DNA of 64,000 nt from Ruminococcus sp. (GCA_017397925.1 JAFQHO010000047.1:4750-68749); one strand, 5' to 3'; counted from the stretch's first letter, positions 50,532 to 64,000 are shown. The notes: a model not told the origin generated them from the letters alone. Program-made: numbers and translations.

Positions 50532-51956
50532 TCAGAGATTATAGTAACGGTCGAACTCTGCAGGATGAGGAATTGCAGCCATTGCACGGCACTCCTCACG
50601 CTTTGAACGAATGAACTTTGTGATAAGCTCCTCTGGGAATACTCCGCCTTCAAGGAGATAATCGTGGTCTGCTTCAAGAGCATCGAGAGCCTGCTCAAGA
50701 GATGTGGGAAGATGTGAAAGCTTTGCCTTCTCCTCTTCACTGAGGTGGAAGAGGTTCATATCATATGGACCCCAGCCGTTCTCATGTGGGTCAATCTTAT
50801 TTTTGATACCGTCAAGACCAGCCATGAGAATTGCAGCATAGCAGAAATATGGATTACATGTAGCATCTGGATTTCTCAACTCAAAACGTCTGCGGTCAGG
50901 AGTCTTTGCATATGCAGGAATACGAATAACAGCACTTCTGTTTGATGTTGCATAACCAACTGTAACAGGTGCTTCAAATCCTGGAACAAGTCTCTTGAAT
51001 GAGTTCGTACTTGGATTTGTAATAGCACAAAGAGAATTGATATGCTTAAGAAGTCCGCCCATAAAGTAATGAGCTTCTTTGCTAAGGTGTGCATAGCCGT
51101 TATCATCAGAGAATACAGGCTGTCCGTCCTTAAATAGAATCATATGAACATGCATACCGTTTCCGGCCTCACCCATAACAGGCTTGGGCATAAATGTAGC
51201 AGATTTACCGTACTTTCTTGCTGTATTGTGGATGATATACTTGATAGTCATTGTAGCATCAGCCATTTTTGACATTACACCGAGCTTAGGCTCAATCTCA
51301 AACTGACCAGCCGCACCAACCTCAGGGTGGTGGTAGTTAATTCCGATTCCGGCTTCTTCCATAAGCATACACATTTCGCTTCTTGCCTCGTATGAAACAT
51401 CATATGGCTTTGCAATGTGATAGTTTTTCTGCTTAGGAACAATATTTCCCATACCTTCAACAGCTGTGTTCCAGTGAGCCTGTACAGCATCAACTGAATA
51501 GCCTACTGACTGTGCACCAACTTCCCAACCCACATTGTCAAAGAGATAGAATTCAAACTCCGGGAGAATAAGCATTGTATCAGCAACGCCGCAATCCTTC
51601 ATATACTGCTCTGCAGCAGCAACGATATTTCTGGGATACTGAGCAAGCGGGCGATTTTCGGGGTAATCAATAATCATTGCATTACCCATCATTGAAAGCG
51701 TAGCAATCTCACAGAAAGGGTCAATCTGTGCTGTATCGGGATCGGGTATAAATACCATATCGCTCTTTTCAACAACAGCATAGCCGTAGTTTGAAGCGTC
51801 AAAACCGATACCATTCTTCATAACATCTTCGCTGAAATCCTCAGCAGGGATTGTTACGTGGCGGAACTGTCCGTTAATATCAACCATTTTGAAATCGACC
51901 ATTTTAATGTCTTTTTCACGGATAAGATCCATTATCTTCTGTACTTTTTCATTCAT
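50532..51956 (-). CDS. glnA: Glutamine synthetase type I
   Basis: FDASNYG, PEFEFY, HHPEVG.AGQFE, TFMPKP...GNGMHVH, NRSA.IRIP, ELRNPD. Confidence 0.93.
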   Translation of the reverse strand: MNEKVQKIMDLIREKDIKMVDFKMVDINGQFRHVTIPAEDFSEDVMKNGIGFDASNYGYAVVEKSDMVFIPDPDTAQIDPFCEIATLSMMGNAMIIDYPENRPLAQYPRNIVAAAEQYMKDCGVADTMLILPEFEFYLFDNVGWEVGAQSVGYSVDAVQAHWNTAVEGMGNIVPKQKNYHIAKPYDVSYEARSEMCMLMEEAGIGINYHHPEVGAAGQFEIEPKLGVMSKMADATMTIKYIIHNTARKYGKSATFMPKPVMGEAGNGMHVHMILFKDGQPVFSDDNGYAHLSKEAHYFMGGLLKHINSLCAITNPSTNSFKRLVPGFEAPVTVGYATSNRSAVIRIPAYAKTPDRRRFELRNPDATCNPYFCYAAILMAGLDGIKNKIDPHENGWGPYDMNLFHLSEEEKAKLSHLPTSLEQALDALEADHDYLLEGGVFPEELITKFIRSKREECRAMAAIPHPAEFDRYYNL

Positions 51957-52120
51957 TGGGATTCACTCCTTAGTTTTTTTGTCGGAATATGCCAAATATT
52001 ATTATACCACATTTGCGACATAAATGCAATAACATTTTTGAGAAAAAATGTATATTTTTATCTTTTAACATCATATAATAAAAAAATAAACCCTCAAAGA
52101 GGATTTATTTAAAAAATATA

Positions 52121-52163
52121 GTGGAGCATAGGGGATTCGAACCCCTGACCCCCACACTGCCAG
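52121..52163 (-). mobile_element. att site: 43-bp 3' half of tRNA-Ala(GGC), left boundary of an integrated element
   Basis: Minus strand CTGGCAG-TGTGG-GGGTC-AGGGG-TTCGAAT-CCCCT-ATGCTCC-AC. Similarity to a tRNA stops at the anticodon loop; the D-arm and 5' acceptor strand are absent. Terminator hairpin at about 52086-52110. Confidence 0.85.
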
Positions 52164-52279
52164 AATAGAATAATATAATTTCATTATTCCACTTATAACT
52201 CATAAGCCCCTATATTTAGCCGTTTTCAAATACCAACCGTTCCATAGTTTATTTCAAATACTTATCTATTTTTATTGCA

Positions 52280-52300
52280 ATAACGGAAATATAACGGAAA
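52280..52300. repeat. Direct repeat ATAACGGAAA x2, putative integrase arm-type sites
   Basis: 10-bp tandem repeat with a 1-nt spacer, about 120 bp inside the att core. Confidence 0.5.
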
Positions 52301-52420
52301 CGGTTTGCTCCAAAATAATGACTATGTACACTCTTTACTTCCATATTATTATAGCGCATCGCTGATGCTATGTCAATATATTTAATGGAAATATCGGGGC
52401 ATAAAGCCCCGACGCAAATG

Positions 52421-52939
52421 TTATTCTACAAAATAGACATAGTTTTCTTTTCTCGGTGATGCAGGAGAAGGTTCTGTTTCGGCATAGCCTAAAATACAAT
52501 GACCGATACCCTCGTAATCCCCTGTAATACCAAGTGAAGCGAGAATTTCTTTACCCTCGGCAGTTTCAAATTCTTCCTTTGCACGATGAATCCAGCAGCT
52601 GTCAACACCATAAGCGTGAGCTGCAAGCATAAGATTACTCATAACGAGGCTGCCGTCATATAGATATGTAGGCATAGATTTGTCTGCAAGAACTATAAGC
52701 ACAACTGGAGCACCATAAAAAGGATCTGTATCAGTTCCCATTATTTTCGCATTCATTGCAGAAAGTCTGTCACGAAGCTCCTTGTTTGTGACAGCTATAA
52801 TTATAGGTGACTGTCTGTTCATTCCTGTTGCTGCATAAGTGCCTGCCTCGGCTATCTTTTCGATAATCTCCTTTGGTACCATATCCGACTTATATGCTCT
52901 TACGCTTCTTCTTGTAAGCATGTTTTCAATTGCGGTCAT
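52421..52939 (-). CDS. Nitroreductase family protein
   Basis: TRRSVRAY, A.GTYAATGMNRQ, YGAP, NLMLAAHAYGVDSCWI. Confidence 0.9.
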   Translation of the reverse strand: MTAIENMLTRRSVRAYKSDMVPKEIIEKIAEAGTYAATGMNRQSPIIIAVTNKELRDRLSAMNAKIMGTDTDPFYGAPVVLIVLADKSMPTYLYDGSLVMSNLMLAAHAYGVDSCWIHRAKEEFETAEGKEILASLGITGDYEGIGHCILGYAETEPSPASPRKENYVYFVE

Positions 52940-52964
52940 TTGTTTTTTCCTCCATAAATGCTTT

Positions 52965-53504
52965 TTAATTAATATATCCGCAGAATTCTGCAAATTCTCC
53001 GGCAAGTTCAACGCCATTGGCTCGTATATTCTGCTCGCCTATCTCATAATAATATTCCAGTTCGTGTATAAGTACAGGTATTTCACGCCCAAATGTTTCT
53101 TTGATAAAACCAGAATTATGAAGTTCTCTTACAATTACAACAAGCAATTCTACAAATGCTTTTGTTATTTCCGACTCATATTCTACAGGCGTCGTATCGC
53201 ATGCCTGACAATAGGCAAAGCCGCTGTCAATTATCCATTGGCGTACAATATCTGCTGTATCATCTTTACCAAACGCAAATTCTTCATTCTGTAACCAAAA
53301 CGCATAGTTCCAGCGTGCTTCTTCCTCATCAGAAGCATATTCAATTTGTTCATTTAAATATGATTCCGTGTTATATCCAACTGTAACAGTAGGACGGCAG
53401 GGATCATCATTATCATCATAAACATACAGAGAAACTACATATATATCTGCCTCATCCCACGATGCAATTGTTTGCATTATTGCTTCTTTAAGCTGTTCTT
53501 TCAT
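52965..53504 (-). CDS. Hypothetical acidic protein (DUF4303-like)
   Basis: DIYVVSLY...GYNT...RWNYAFW...IHELEYY pattern. Confidence 0.6.
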   Translation of the reverse strand: MKEQLKEAIMQTIASWDEADIYVVSLYVYDDNDDPCRPTVTVGYNTESYLNEQIEYASDEEEARWNYAFWLQNEEFAFGKDDTADIVRQWIIDSGFAYCQACDTTPVEYESEITKAFVELLVVIVRELHNSGFIKETFGREIPVLIHELEYYYEIGEQNIRANGVELAGEFAEFCGYIN

Positions 53505-53545
53505 AAAATCAATCCCCCCCCTTTTCTATAATTATTTAAAGGAAC

Positions 53546-54907
53546 TTATTTGTCGGAAAGGAATGTATCAAAAAATTCTTTTATCTTGCCATATTCTTGC
53601 TTTTGCAATAATCGTTCAAGCTTTCTTATGTGATATTGAAAATAGTTCCTGTATCCTGTAACCGCAGATTCAGAAAGTCTGTAATTGCTTGTACATCGTT
53701 TATATGCTATTTCTGCTTTTATTCTGAATGGTATTTCCTGCTCAAGAATGTAACCGTCATACTTATCAAAATCAAAGAATCTACCTTCACAATCATTTAC
53801 AAGGCAGTCATTATAAAAATCAATAAGCTCCGGATGCGGATTTTTACCGTTTCTGAAAGGCATCATCGGGAAATACATAAGCACTTCGGCATAGTTATCT
53901 TCCAAGTCAAAAATAAATCGAAATCTTCTTCTGCCGTCTTTATACTGCGAAATAAATATCAGATTATATCCAAAGACTTTCTTTTCATTTCCTATTTTGA
54001 ATGTATCGTTTTTGAATACATTAACAAATGCATTTGAAAGCAGTTCTGCATTTTTTAAATATTCCAAACGTTGAGGGAAAATCTGTTTTTCTCTATGATA
54101 AATTCCATAATAAGCAGTACTATGGCAGGATATGCAGCTGACATCTTTGTATATCAAAACATCATCAGCGCTATCAACAATAACCTGCGTATCATTGATA
54201 ACAGGTATTGTTAACCCAAGATAGCTACTCCAACCGTCATTTTTTCCGAAATCCTTTGGAAGCCTTATTTCTTTTAAGGAGCAGCATGAAAAAGCCCCAC
54301 CACCGACTTTTTTTACAGTATCGGGAATGTTTATCCTTTCTAACTCCGAATCAAAAAAAGCAAGATTTCTTATTTCAATCAATCCATCCGGCAGAACAAC
54401 TTCTTTGATTTTAGAATGACGAAACGCAAGATAACCAATCGTTTTTATGTACGGTGGAACAACATAAACCTCCGATTTTATACGACACCACAGTAACTTG
54501 TCGCCAATAATGAATGTGTCATTTTTCTCGAAAAACGGAGTATTCGTAAAAGAAGATATATCAAGAGAATTACCTTTTATATATTCAAGACCTGATATTT
54601 CTTCAAGTCCGGAAAGAAAAAACGCACCACCCTCAATATATGTTCTTGCACAGAAAGTGACTTTCTTTAGCAATTTGCAGTATATAAACGCAGAATTACC
54701 TATGAATTTTATAGTATCTGAGATTACAATTTCAGTAATATCAGAACTTGAAAATGCCCATGCTTCAATCTTTGTTACAGGCATTTCATCAATATACTGC
54801 GGAATAATTACTTTTCCGCCTTCACCTTTATATTTCTTTATATGTATCTTTCCATGCTTTTGTCTGAACGAATATTCCTTTTCAGCTTCTTCAAGTGTCA
54901 TTTTCAT
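53546..54907 (-). CDS. BspA-type leucine-rich repeat protein, no signal peptide
   Basis: IIPQYIDEMPVTKIEAWAF and I..IG..AF repeats; RBS AAGGGAG before ATG 54907. Confidence 0.8.
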   Translation of the reverse strand: MKMTLEEAEKEYSFRQKHGKIHIKKYKGEGGKVIIPQYIDEMPVTKIEAWAFSSSDITEIVISDTIKFIGNSAFIYCKLLKKVTFCARTYIEGGAFFLSGLEEISGLEYIKGNSLDISSFTNTPFFEKNDTFIIGDKLLWCRIKSEVYVVPPYIKTIGYLAFRHSKIKEVVLPDGLIEIRNLAFFDSELERINIPDTVKKVGGGAFSCCSLKEIRLPKDFGKNDGWSSYLGLTIPVINDTQVIVDSADDVLIYKDVSCISCHSTAYYGIYHREKQIFPQRLEYLKNAELLSNAFVNVFKNDTFKIGNEKKVFGYNLIFISQYKDGRRRFRFIFDLEDNYAEVLMYFPMMPFRNGKNPHPELIDFYNDCLVNDCEGRFFDFDKYDGYILEQEIPFRIKAEIAYKRCTSNYRLSESAVTGYRNYFQYHIRKLERLLQKQEYGKIKEFFDTFLSDK

Positions 54908-54954
54908 AATAATTCTCCCTTGACAATTCATTCTATTTGTGATAAAATATACCT

Positions 54955-55130
54955 GTGAAACCGAGTTCATGAAACGAGGTATCTCATAAAAAACAACGTA
55001 GTTTAGTGGAAAAACGTAAGCTCACCTGCAAAGATGCTTTGGCATTTCTGCTAACAGAGCCGTGCAATTACGGCGGTCCGATTCCGCCCGTTAGTTTTTT
55101 ACCTGTTTCGTAAGAAGCAGGTTTTTTATT
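54955..55130 (+). ncRNA. Candidate ~175-nt sRNA
   Basis: Promoter TTGACA-17-TAAAAT with extended TG (54920-54948); terminator ACCTGTTTC-GTAA-GAAGCAGGT plus T-tract (55101-55130); no convincing ORF. Confidence 0.45.
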
Positions 55131-55495
55131 TGTTAATAACTATAACCATACCTGTTTCAAGCAAGTAATTTTCATTTAATTAAACTTGGACGTTGATAAA
55201 AATCAAATTTCTTTCAATCTTGTTTTATTAATTTCTATTATAGCATATCTTAAATGTAAAATCAATAATTTATGGAAAAATCGGGGCATATCGCCCCGAT
55301 TTATAAGTATAATGAAATTTCGAGCTATAGGGAACCTCTATATCTGGATCCTAACACATGGTCTTCGGAATCAAAATCCCTATTCAATCTTTTTTACAGA
55401 TTATATTTAAAATATCGACTTTTCCGCTATTGTATTTTTTGTAGAAATATGCTATAATAAATTAAATATAGTATCTCCCGAAAGGTGGTTTAGTT

Positions 55496-55927
55496 ATGCT
55501 CCCAGAAGAAAAAGCTCGTGTTAAAATTGATGAAAAACTCAGTAAAGCTGGCTGGTATATTGTAGACAGGGACGAGTATGTTCCACAAACTACATCTGCT
55601 ATCAGAGAAGCTCTTACGCAAGGCAATAAGGAGAGCGACTATCTGTTTTTTATAGATAATAAGGCAATCGCTGTTCTGGAGGCAAAGAGAGCAGATAATC
55701 CCCTTGGAAAAGATGTTGAATCACAAGCGGAGAATTATGCCAGTACACCTCTTTCATGGTACGGATTATGGGAGAATAAGGTCGTTCGCTTTGACGGATG
55801 GCAGAATACGACTGCGGGACAGAAGGAAGTCAAGAAAGCCCTGCGCAGTGTGATCTGGAACAAGTACAAGATTCACGATAATGATGTGTTTAACAAGGCG
55901 TACAGCTATATCGAGGAGTATTATTAA
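55496..55927 (+). pseudogene. hsdR: Type I R-M HsdR remnant with a large internal deletion
   Basis: N-terminus MLPEEKARVKID...DY..F.D.KAIAVLEAK fused directly to an HsdR-like C-terminal tail (FDGWQNT.AGQKEV...YIEEYY); no helicase motifs. Confidence 0.7.
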
Positions 55928-55928
55928 A

Positions 55929-56156
55929 ATGTCAGAACAGAGAATTATCGACCGTGACACCTATCGAGCAATCAAGAAAATGAGCCGGGAGGAGCTGCAA
56001 TCCTTCCTTATACGATATGCTAATGGACTGCTTGAAAATGACGGCATGACCATCGACCTGCGGGAGGTCGAAAAAGACCTCCGGCAGATCAAGGGCATCG
56101 TCGATAAGCGCATTGCGGAGATCATGGATGTGATCGAGAAGCATCTGGGGGTGTGA
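55929..56156 (+). CDS. Small hypothetical protein
   Basis: 75 aa; ATG directly after the hsdR stop. Confidence 0.6.
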   Translation: MSEQRIIDRDTYRAIKKMSREELQSFLIRYANGLLENDGMTIDLREVEKDLRQIKGIVDKRIAEIMDVIEKHLGV

Positions 56157-56160
56157 TTAA

Positions 56161-57249
56161 ATGGTAAATAGTCATTATGTCCCGCAGCTAATACTGCGTC
56201 ATTTTGCAGTAGATGATCGGATACAGTATTGCAATCTCTCTAAGGGGATAGTAGAAACCCGAAACATTAGATCTGCTTTTTCTGAAAAAGGCTACTATCC
56301 TGATGAGATTGAAAAAGAGATGTGCTACAAAACAGAAAGTCAATTTGCCAATCTGTTAAACAACAAGATCCTAAAAGAACAGCGACGCATTGTACTGACA
56401 CGAGAAGAGCTTTTCATTTTGAAAAAATATCTCATCGTTACAACAATTCGTTTTAATTGTACAGAAGCCTTACAGAACTTCGGAAACCCTGAAGATGCCG
56501 TACAAGGATACTCATCCCGCTTTTACGACAATATCAATAAAGTGCTGGCTTGCCAAAATTCAGATGAGCTTGCTCAGTATATGATGGTGAATCCATTTGA
56601 GGAACTTGGCAAGGTGATAAGCGACGGAGCAGGTGCATTGAACCGCTTGTTTGTGGATATCAAGAATATCATGCATTCATACATTATTTTCGTAAGCACG
56701 AGACGGTGTAAAGAAAACTTTATCATTCCGGATACTGGCTTCGCTTATCAAGCAACACATATTGCGCCATTTTCGGATGGAGCATTCGATAAATGTATGT
56801 ATACGCTTTCCTATGCGATGCAATCAAGAAATCCGTATTTGCTTCAAGTTGCACAGATGCTTACGCCATATGATATGTTCATCTGCCCTGTTACAAAAGA
56901 TTTAGCGGTTGTTTCGCTCAGTATTTTTTATAAGTTTTTCAATCGAAAGTCGGATATCTATGGGCTATTGCCTACGGAAGGACTGACTGTTGGTAAATTA
57001 CTTGGATTTGGAGATTCTAACTTGGTAGAACCTCCTAAAGTGAGAAACCAGTATGGTAAACCTGCAACTTATGAATACACTATCCAGCAGCTTTCACAGA
57101 CAGATGCACTTACCCTGAATTCTGGAATGATCAATACGGCAGAGCATTATTTCGGATATGCTGATCTACAAAACATTCGATCAAGTATAGAGCGTTATAT
57201 GTCGTTCCCAACGGGTGCGAGAAGATACGATCTTAGTTTTATGAAGTGA
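56161..57249 (+). CDS. DUF4238-like protein
   Basis: N-terminal SHYVPQLILRHF motif. Confidence 0.7.
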   Translation: MVNSHYVPQLILRHFAVDDRIQYCNLSKGIVETRNIRSAFSEKGYYPDEIEKEMCYKTESQFANLLNNKILKEQRRIVLTREELFILKKYLIVTTIRFNCTEALQNFGNPEDAVQGYSSRFYDNINKVLACQNSDELAQYMMVNPFEELGKVISDGAGALNRLFVDIKNIMHSYIIFVSTRRCKENFIIPDTGFAYQATHIAPFSDGAFDKCMYTLSYAMQSRNPYLLQVAQMLTPYDMFICPVTKDLAVVSLSIFYKFFNRKSDIYGLLPTEGLTVGKLLGFGDSNLVEPPKVRNQYGKPATYEYTIQQLSQTDALTLNSGMINTAEHYFGYADLQNIRSSIERYMSFPTGARRYDLSFMK

Positions 57250-57288
57250 AAAACAGGCTGCGGTCAAGCACGACCGCAGCCTGTTTTC
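57250..57288. terminator. Bidirectional terminator
   Basis: AAAACAGGCTGCGGTC/GACCGCAGCCTGTTTT perfect stem between convergent genes. Confidence 0.8.
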
Positions 57289-57538
57289 ATTTTCCGAGGA
57301 TATCCAGCATCATTCTCGCTCCGTCTTTGAAGCCCTGCACATAGAGCGCCTCGTTGTCGAGGAAAGCACTCTCGCTTTGTATGTCCGAAAGCCTATGGTA
57401 CATTTCGACCTGCTCCGGTGTGAGCAACTTCTCAAACTCTTCTGAAAGCCGCATCCACTCCTGAGTCATTTCCGTTGGTTCTGGTCGAGGGATTCGTTCT
57501 GACGGGTTGATTTTGCCGTGGTAAAGGTCTCTGAGCAT
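57287..57538 (-). CDS. Small hypothetical protein (DUF6809-like)
   Basis: RBS AGGAGG; MLRDLYHGKINPSE...GFKDGARMM pattern. Confidence 0.65.
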   Translation of the reverse strand: MLRDLYHGKINPSERIPRPEPTEMTQEWMRLSEEFEKLLTPEQVEMYHRLSDIQSESAFLDNEALYVQGFKDGARMMLDILGK

Positions 57539-57651
57539 GGCGGCATACCTCCTTTTCAATACAACAGTATACCACAACCTGCTGGAAATAGCTATCACCA
57601 GAACCACCAAAGATGAATGAAAAATACTGTTAAAATTGGGCTGTCCATATC

Positions 57652-61607
<3,956 letters not shown>

Positions 61608-61762
61608 AATATTCAAGATAAAAAAAGAAACCGAATTAAAAATGCCTTAATACTGCTCTCTCAAAAGGGGACAGCAGGCTTAACGGTTTGATTATTACAT
61701 CGCTTCAATAATTGAATCAAATAATATGTGAAAACGTCTTCTGTATGGGAGGCGTTTTTTCT

Positions 61763-62305
61763 TTAATCTTCAATTTCATCATAGTTTTTCGGATAGAAAA
61801 CTTTATTATGTTCCCATTCATTCCCGTTTTCTTTTCTTACAATTAGTTTTGTGGGCTGTCCTGTAATATTCGCCATACGCTGAGCCAAAGCAAATGTAGT
61901 TGCATTATCACCATACAACATTGAGCCGTTCTTATAATTGGTCGGACTCATAAACGTGTGAGAGTGATAATCTGAATCTGCTCTCACTTCATTGTGTATA
62001 CTAATTAATGCAAGGTGGTTTTGAGTAAGTTCATCAAAGATTTTTTCTGTTAATTCCATAGTTTTTTCAGCAGTCGGAGATGTTTCCGATGTAAATGAAG
62101 TCATATAGTGAAATAGCGGAGTTTTATCTTCATTATTAAAAAATTCCGCTGTTTTTTTGAATTGCATAGATGCAATTGCTGGATCGTACTGATTTATACC
62201 AAATCCTTTTGTAAGAACCTGTCTGCCGTCCATAGCATAATTTGCGCCGTTATCGATATATGGATATCCGCCGTGAGTGTGTAAAATCATTTTAAATATT
62301 TCCAT
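61763..62305 (-). CDS. Short relaxase/mobilisation nuclease domain protein (MOBP-like)
   Basis: N-terminal Tyr, FHYMTSF (motif II), IH...HSHTF.SPTN (HUH motif III); only 180 aa. Confidence 0.7.
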   Translation of the reverse strand: MEIFKMILHTHGGYPYIDNGANYAMDGRQVLTKGFGINQYDPAIASMQFKKTAEFFNNEDKTPLFHYMTSFTSETSPTAEKTMELTEKIFDELTQNHLALISIHNEVRADSDYHSHTFMSPTNYKNGSMLYGDNATTFALAQRMANITGQPTKLIVRKENGNEWEHNKVFYPKNYDEIED

Positions 62306-62562
62306 AATAACGAAACCTCCAATTCTGTTGTTTTTGCCATTGTAAGTGAATTGTTTTTTACAGCTTCTATGGCATGATTACAGATATCCTGAATTTTAGC
62401 AAGAAGCTCTGGTGTTAATGGATTCTGGTGATGCTGTAAGCGATAATTGGCAATATCAGAAAATGTAGTGTTTCTTGATGAAGCCTCTTGTTCAATCTCC
62501 TTTACAACTTTCTCAGGGATTCTAATGGGTTTGAGTACTGTTCTGGGTTTTGAATTTTTCAT
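62287..62562 (-). CDS. MobC-like ribbon-helix-helix protein
   Basis: KPIRIPEKVVKEIEQEA...TFSDIANY (RHH pattern); overlaps the relaxase start. Confidence 0.55.
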   Translation of the reverse strand: MKNSKPRTVLKPIRIPEKVVKEIEQEASSRNTTFSDIANYRLQHHQNPLTPELLAKIQDICNHAIEAVKNNSLTMAKTTELEVSLLWKYLK

Positions 62563-62587
62563 AGAAAATTCTCCTTTACAAAATATT

Positions 62588-62675
62588 AATCCTGTATACT
62601 TATGCTCCTCTTTTGTCACATATCATAAGCATCGTATTAGTTAATATATATAATTACAGGATATAAGTATAGAGC
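62588..62675. other. Putative oriT
   Basis: TATCCTGT on the minus strand (62663-62656) matches the RP4-type nic consensus YATCCTGY; short inverted repeats lie upstream of mobC. Confidence 0.35.
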
Positions 62676-62782
62676 AACTGTATTACAGAATTTAAATAAT
62701 AGTACGTTTGAGCATAAAAAAATCCTCCCGAATAATGGCTGATACTCTTATCGGAGAATCAATAACCAACCGAATAGGACAC

Positions 62783-62820
62783 GAACCCCGTACAGAGTTA
62801 CAAAACTCTGCACGGGGTTC
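62783..62820. terminator. Strong hairpin downstream of kdpE
   Basis: GAACCCCGT.CAGAGT/ACTCTG.ACGGGGTTC. Confidence 0.65.
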
Positions 62821-62836
62821 ATTGTATAAGAATTCA

Positions 62837-63523
62837 TCACATTTTATTCATCCGATATCCAATGCCAATATGTGTTTGAATATACTGCTGTTTCTGAGGC
62901 TGCTTCTCAAGTTTTTTTCGTAGTGTTGCCATAAATACTCTCAATGATCCGATTTCGTTTTCATAAGAGCTCCCCCATATCTCATGGGTAATGTAGGTAT
63001 GTGTCAGAACCTTTCCGACGTTTTTGGCAAGCAGACAAAGGATTTTGTATTCGATCGGAGTCAGGTGGATCTCCTCCTGATGTATTGTGACGTTCCCAGC
63101 GGCATAGTCAATTGTCAGCTCGCCGTTCACAAAAACGGAGGATGTTTTCTGCATTCCCAGAATTCGGCGTTGTGTAACTCTGATTCTGGCAAGAAGCTCG
63201 TCAACAGAAAACGGCTTTGTCAAATAATCATCCGCACCGGAATCAAGTGCCTCGATCTTATCCGTATCTTCAATGCGGGCACTAATTACAATGATGGGGA
63301 CATCCGACCATGTCCTTATTTTTCTTATGATCTCGACCCCGTCCATATCCGGAAGTCCGAGATCCAGAAGAATAATATCAGGGTTGTGGGATGCTGCTTC
63401 CATTACGGCAGTTTTACCATTGGGAGCAGTCAAGTATTTGTAGTTGTTGGTATTAAGTGTAGTTACGATCAGATTTCTGACTGCACTATCGTCCTCCACT
63501 ACCAAAATTCTGGAATGATTCAT
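62837..63523 (-). CDS. kdpE: KdpE-like OmpR-family response regulator
   Basis: VVEDD, LLDLGLPDMDG, GADDYLTKPF, LTPIEY, LRVFMATLRKK. Confidence 0.85.
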   Translation of the reverse strand: MNHSRILVVEDDSAVRNLIVTTLNTNNYKYLTAPNGKTAVMEAASHNPDIILLDLGLPDMDGVEIIRKIRTWSDVPIIVISARIEDTDKIEALDSGADDYLTKPFSVDELLARIRVTQRRILGMQKTSSVFVNGELTIDYAAGNVTIHQEEIHLTPIEYKILCLLAKNVGKVLTHTYITHEIWGSSYENEIGSLRVFMATLRKKLEKQPQKQQYIQTHIGIGYRMNKM

Positions 63524-64000
63524 GCAGCTTCACCTCCTCAGCAGGTACTGTAAAGCGGAACACAGCCCCGCTTGGTTGATTGTCATATACTTCGATTTTT
63601 CCGCCATGAGAGTGAATGATGGATTTGCACAGAGAAAGCCCCAGCCCCATACTCCGGCGGCTGTCGGCAATTTTTGTCGCTGCGGTGTAGAACATATCAA
63701 AGATTTTTTTTTTGTCTTCATCAGGAATGCCGCCGCCCTGATCGGCAATTTCAATCACGATCCAGTGATTGTCTTCATAGAAATGAATATGAATCGACGA
63801 ATTTTCCGGTGTATATTTGATTGCATTATCAAGTATATTGAATATGACCTGTACAATCAGCCTTGCATCCATGCGTGCAAGCAGGATCTCATCGGAAGAT
63901 GTGATGCTGATACGCTGTCTGCAATTTTTCGGAACTCTTAAAACAGCCTCCTGTATGGCATCTTCTATCAGCTCAGAATTCATATTGAGTTTCATCGTAC
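63486..64000 (-). CDS. kdpD: KdpD-like sensor histidine kinase, C-terminal part (5' end outside the window)
   Basis: NILDNAIKYT, DQGGGI, FDMFYT, DSRRSMGLGLSLC HATPase boxes. Confidence 0.8.
   Translation of the reverse strand, partial: TMKLNMNSELIEDAIQEAVLRVPKNCRQRISITSSDEILLARMDARLIVQVIFNILDNAIKYTPENSSIHIHFYEDNHWIVIEIADQGGGIPDEDKKKIFDMFYTAATKIADSRRSMGLGLSLCKSIIHSHGGKIEVYDNQPSGAVFRFTVPAEEVKLHESFQNFGSGGR

Noticed and set aside
52121-52163. A third functional tRNA (Ala)
   Set aside because: Only the 3' half is present; treated as an att site.
55006-55113. 35-aa GTG-start ORF containing a YG motif as a second rSAM substrate
   Set aside because: No RBS at a suitable distance, 32 kb from the rSAM gene, and the motif (NYGG) differs from [VL]YGP.

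Overview
Low-GC chromosomal window, most consistent with a cellulosome-producing Ruminococcus-like Firmicute: it has three dockerin-bearing genes. This is inferred from gene content only. Positions 1-52 kb are mostly core genes (pyrC/pyrF, trmB, uvrAB, galE, cysK, glnA, tRNA-Thr and tRNA-Pro) mixed with accessory modules: a T-box-led radical SAM operon, a sortase with an adjacent VAATG substrate, and a TerY-P (kinase/vWA/PP2C) cluster behind an Fe-S sensor. From about 52.1 kb, the 3' half of a tRNA-Ala(GGC) gene marks the att boundary of an integrated element. That element carries a decayed type I R-M system, an IS1182, a MobC/relaxase pair and a candidate sRNA; kdpDE lies at the right edge. 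The strongest candidate for an undescribed system is a two-gene operon at 21270-23223. It encodes a SPASM radical SAM enzyme resembling the rSAM/lipoprotein (splicease-like) branch and a secreted dockerin protein with six regularly spaced [VL]YGP[PA] motifs, suggesting a post-translationally modified, cohesin-docked protein. All family assignments come from motif recognition by eye; no database searches were run.
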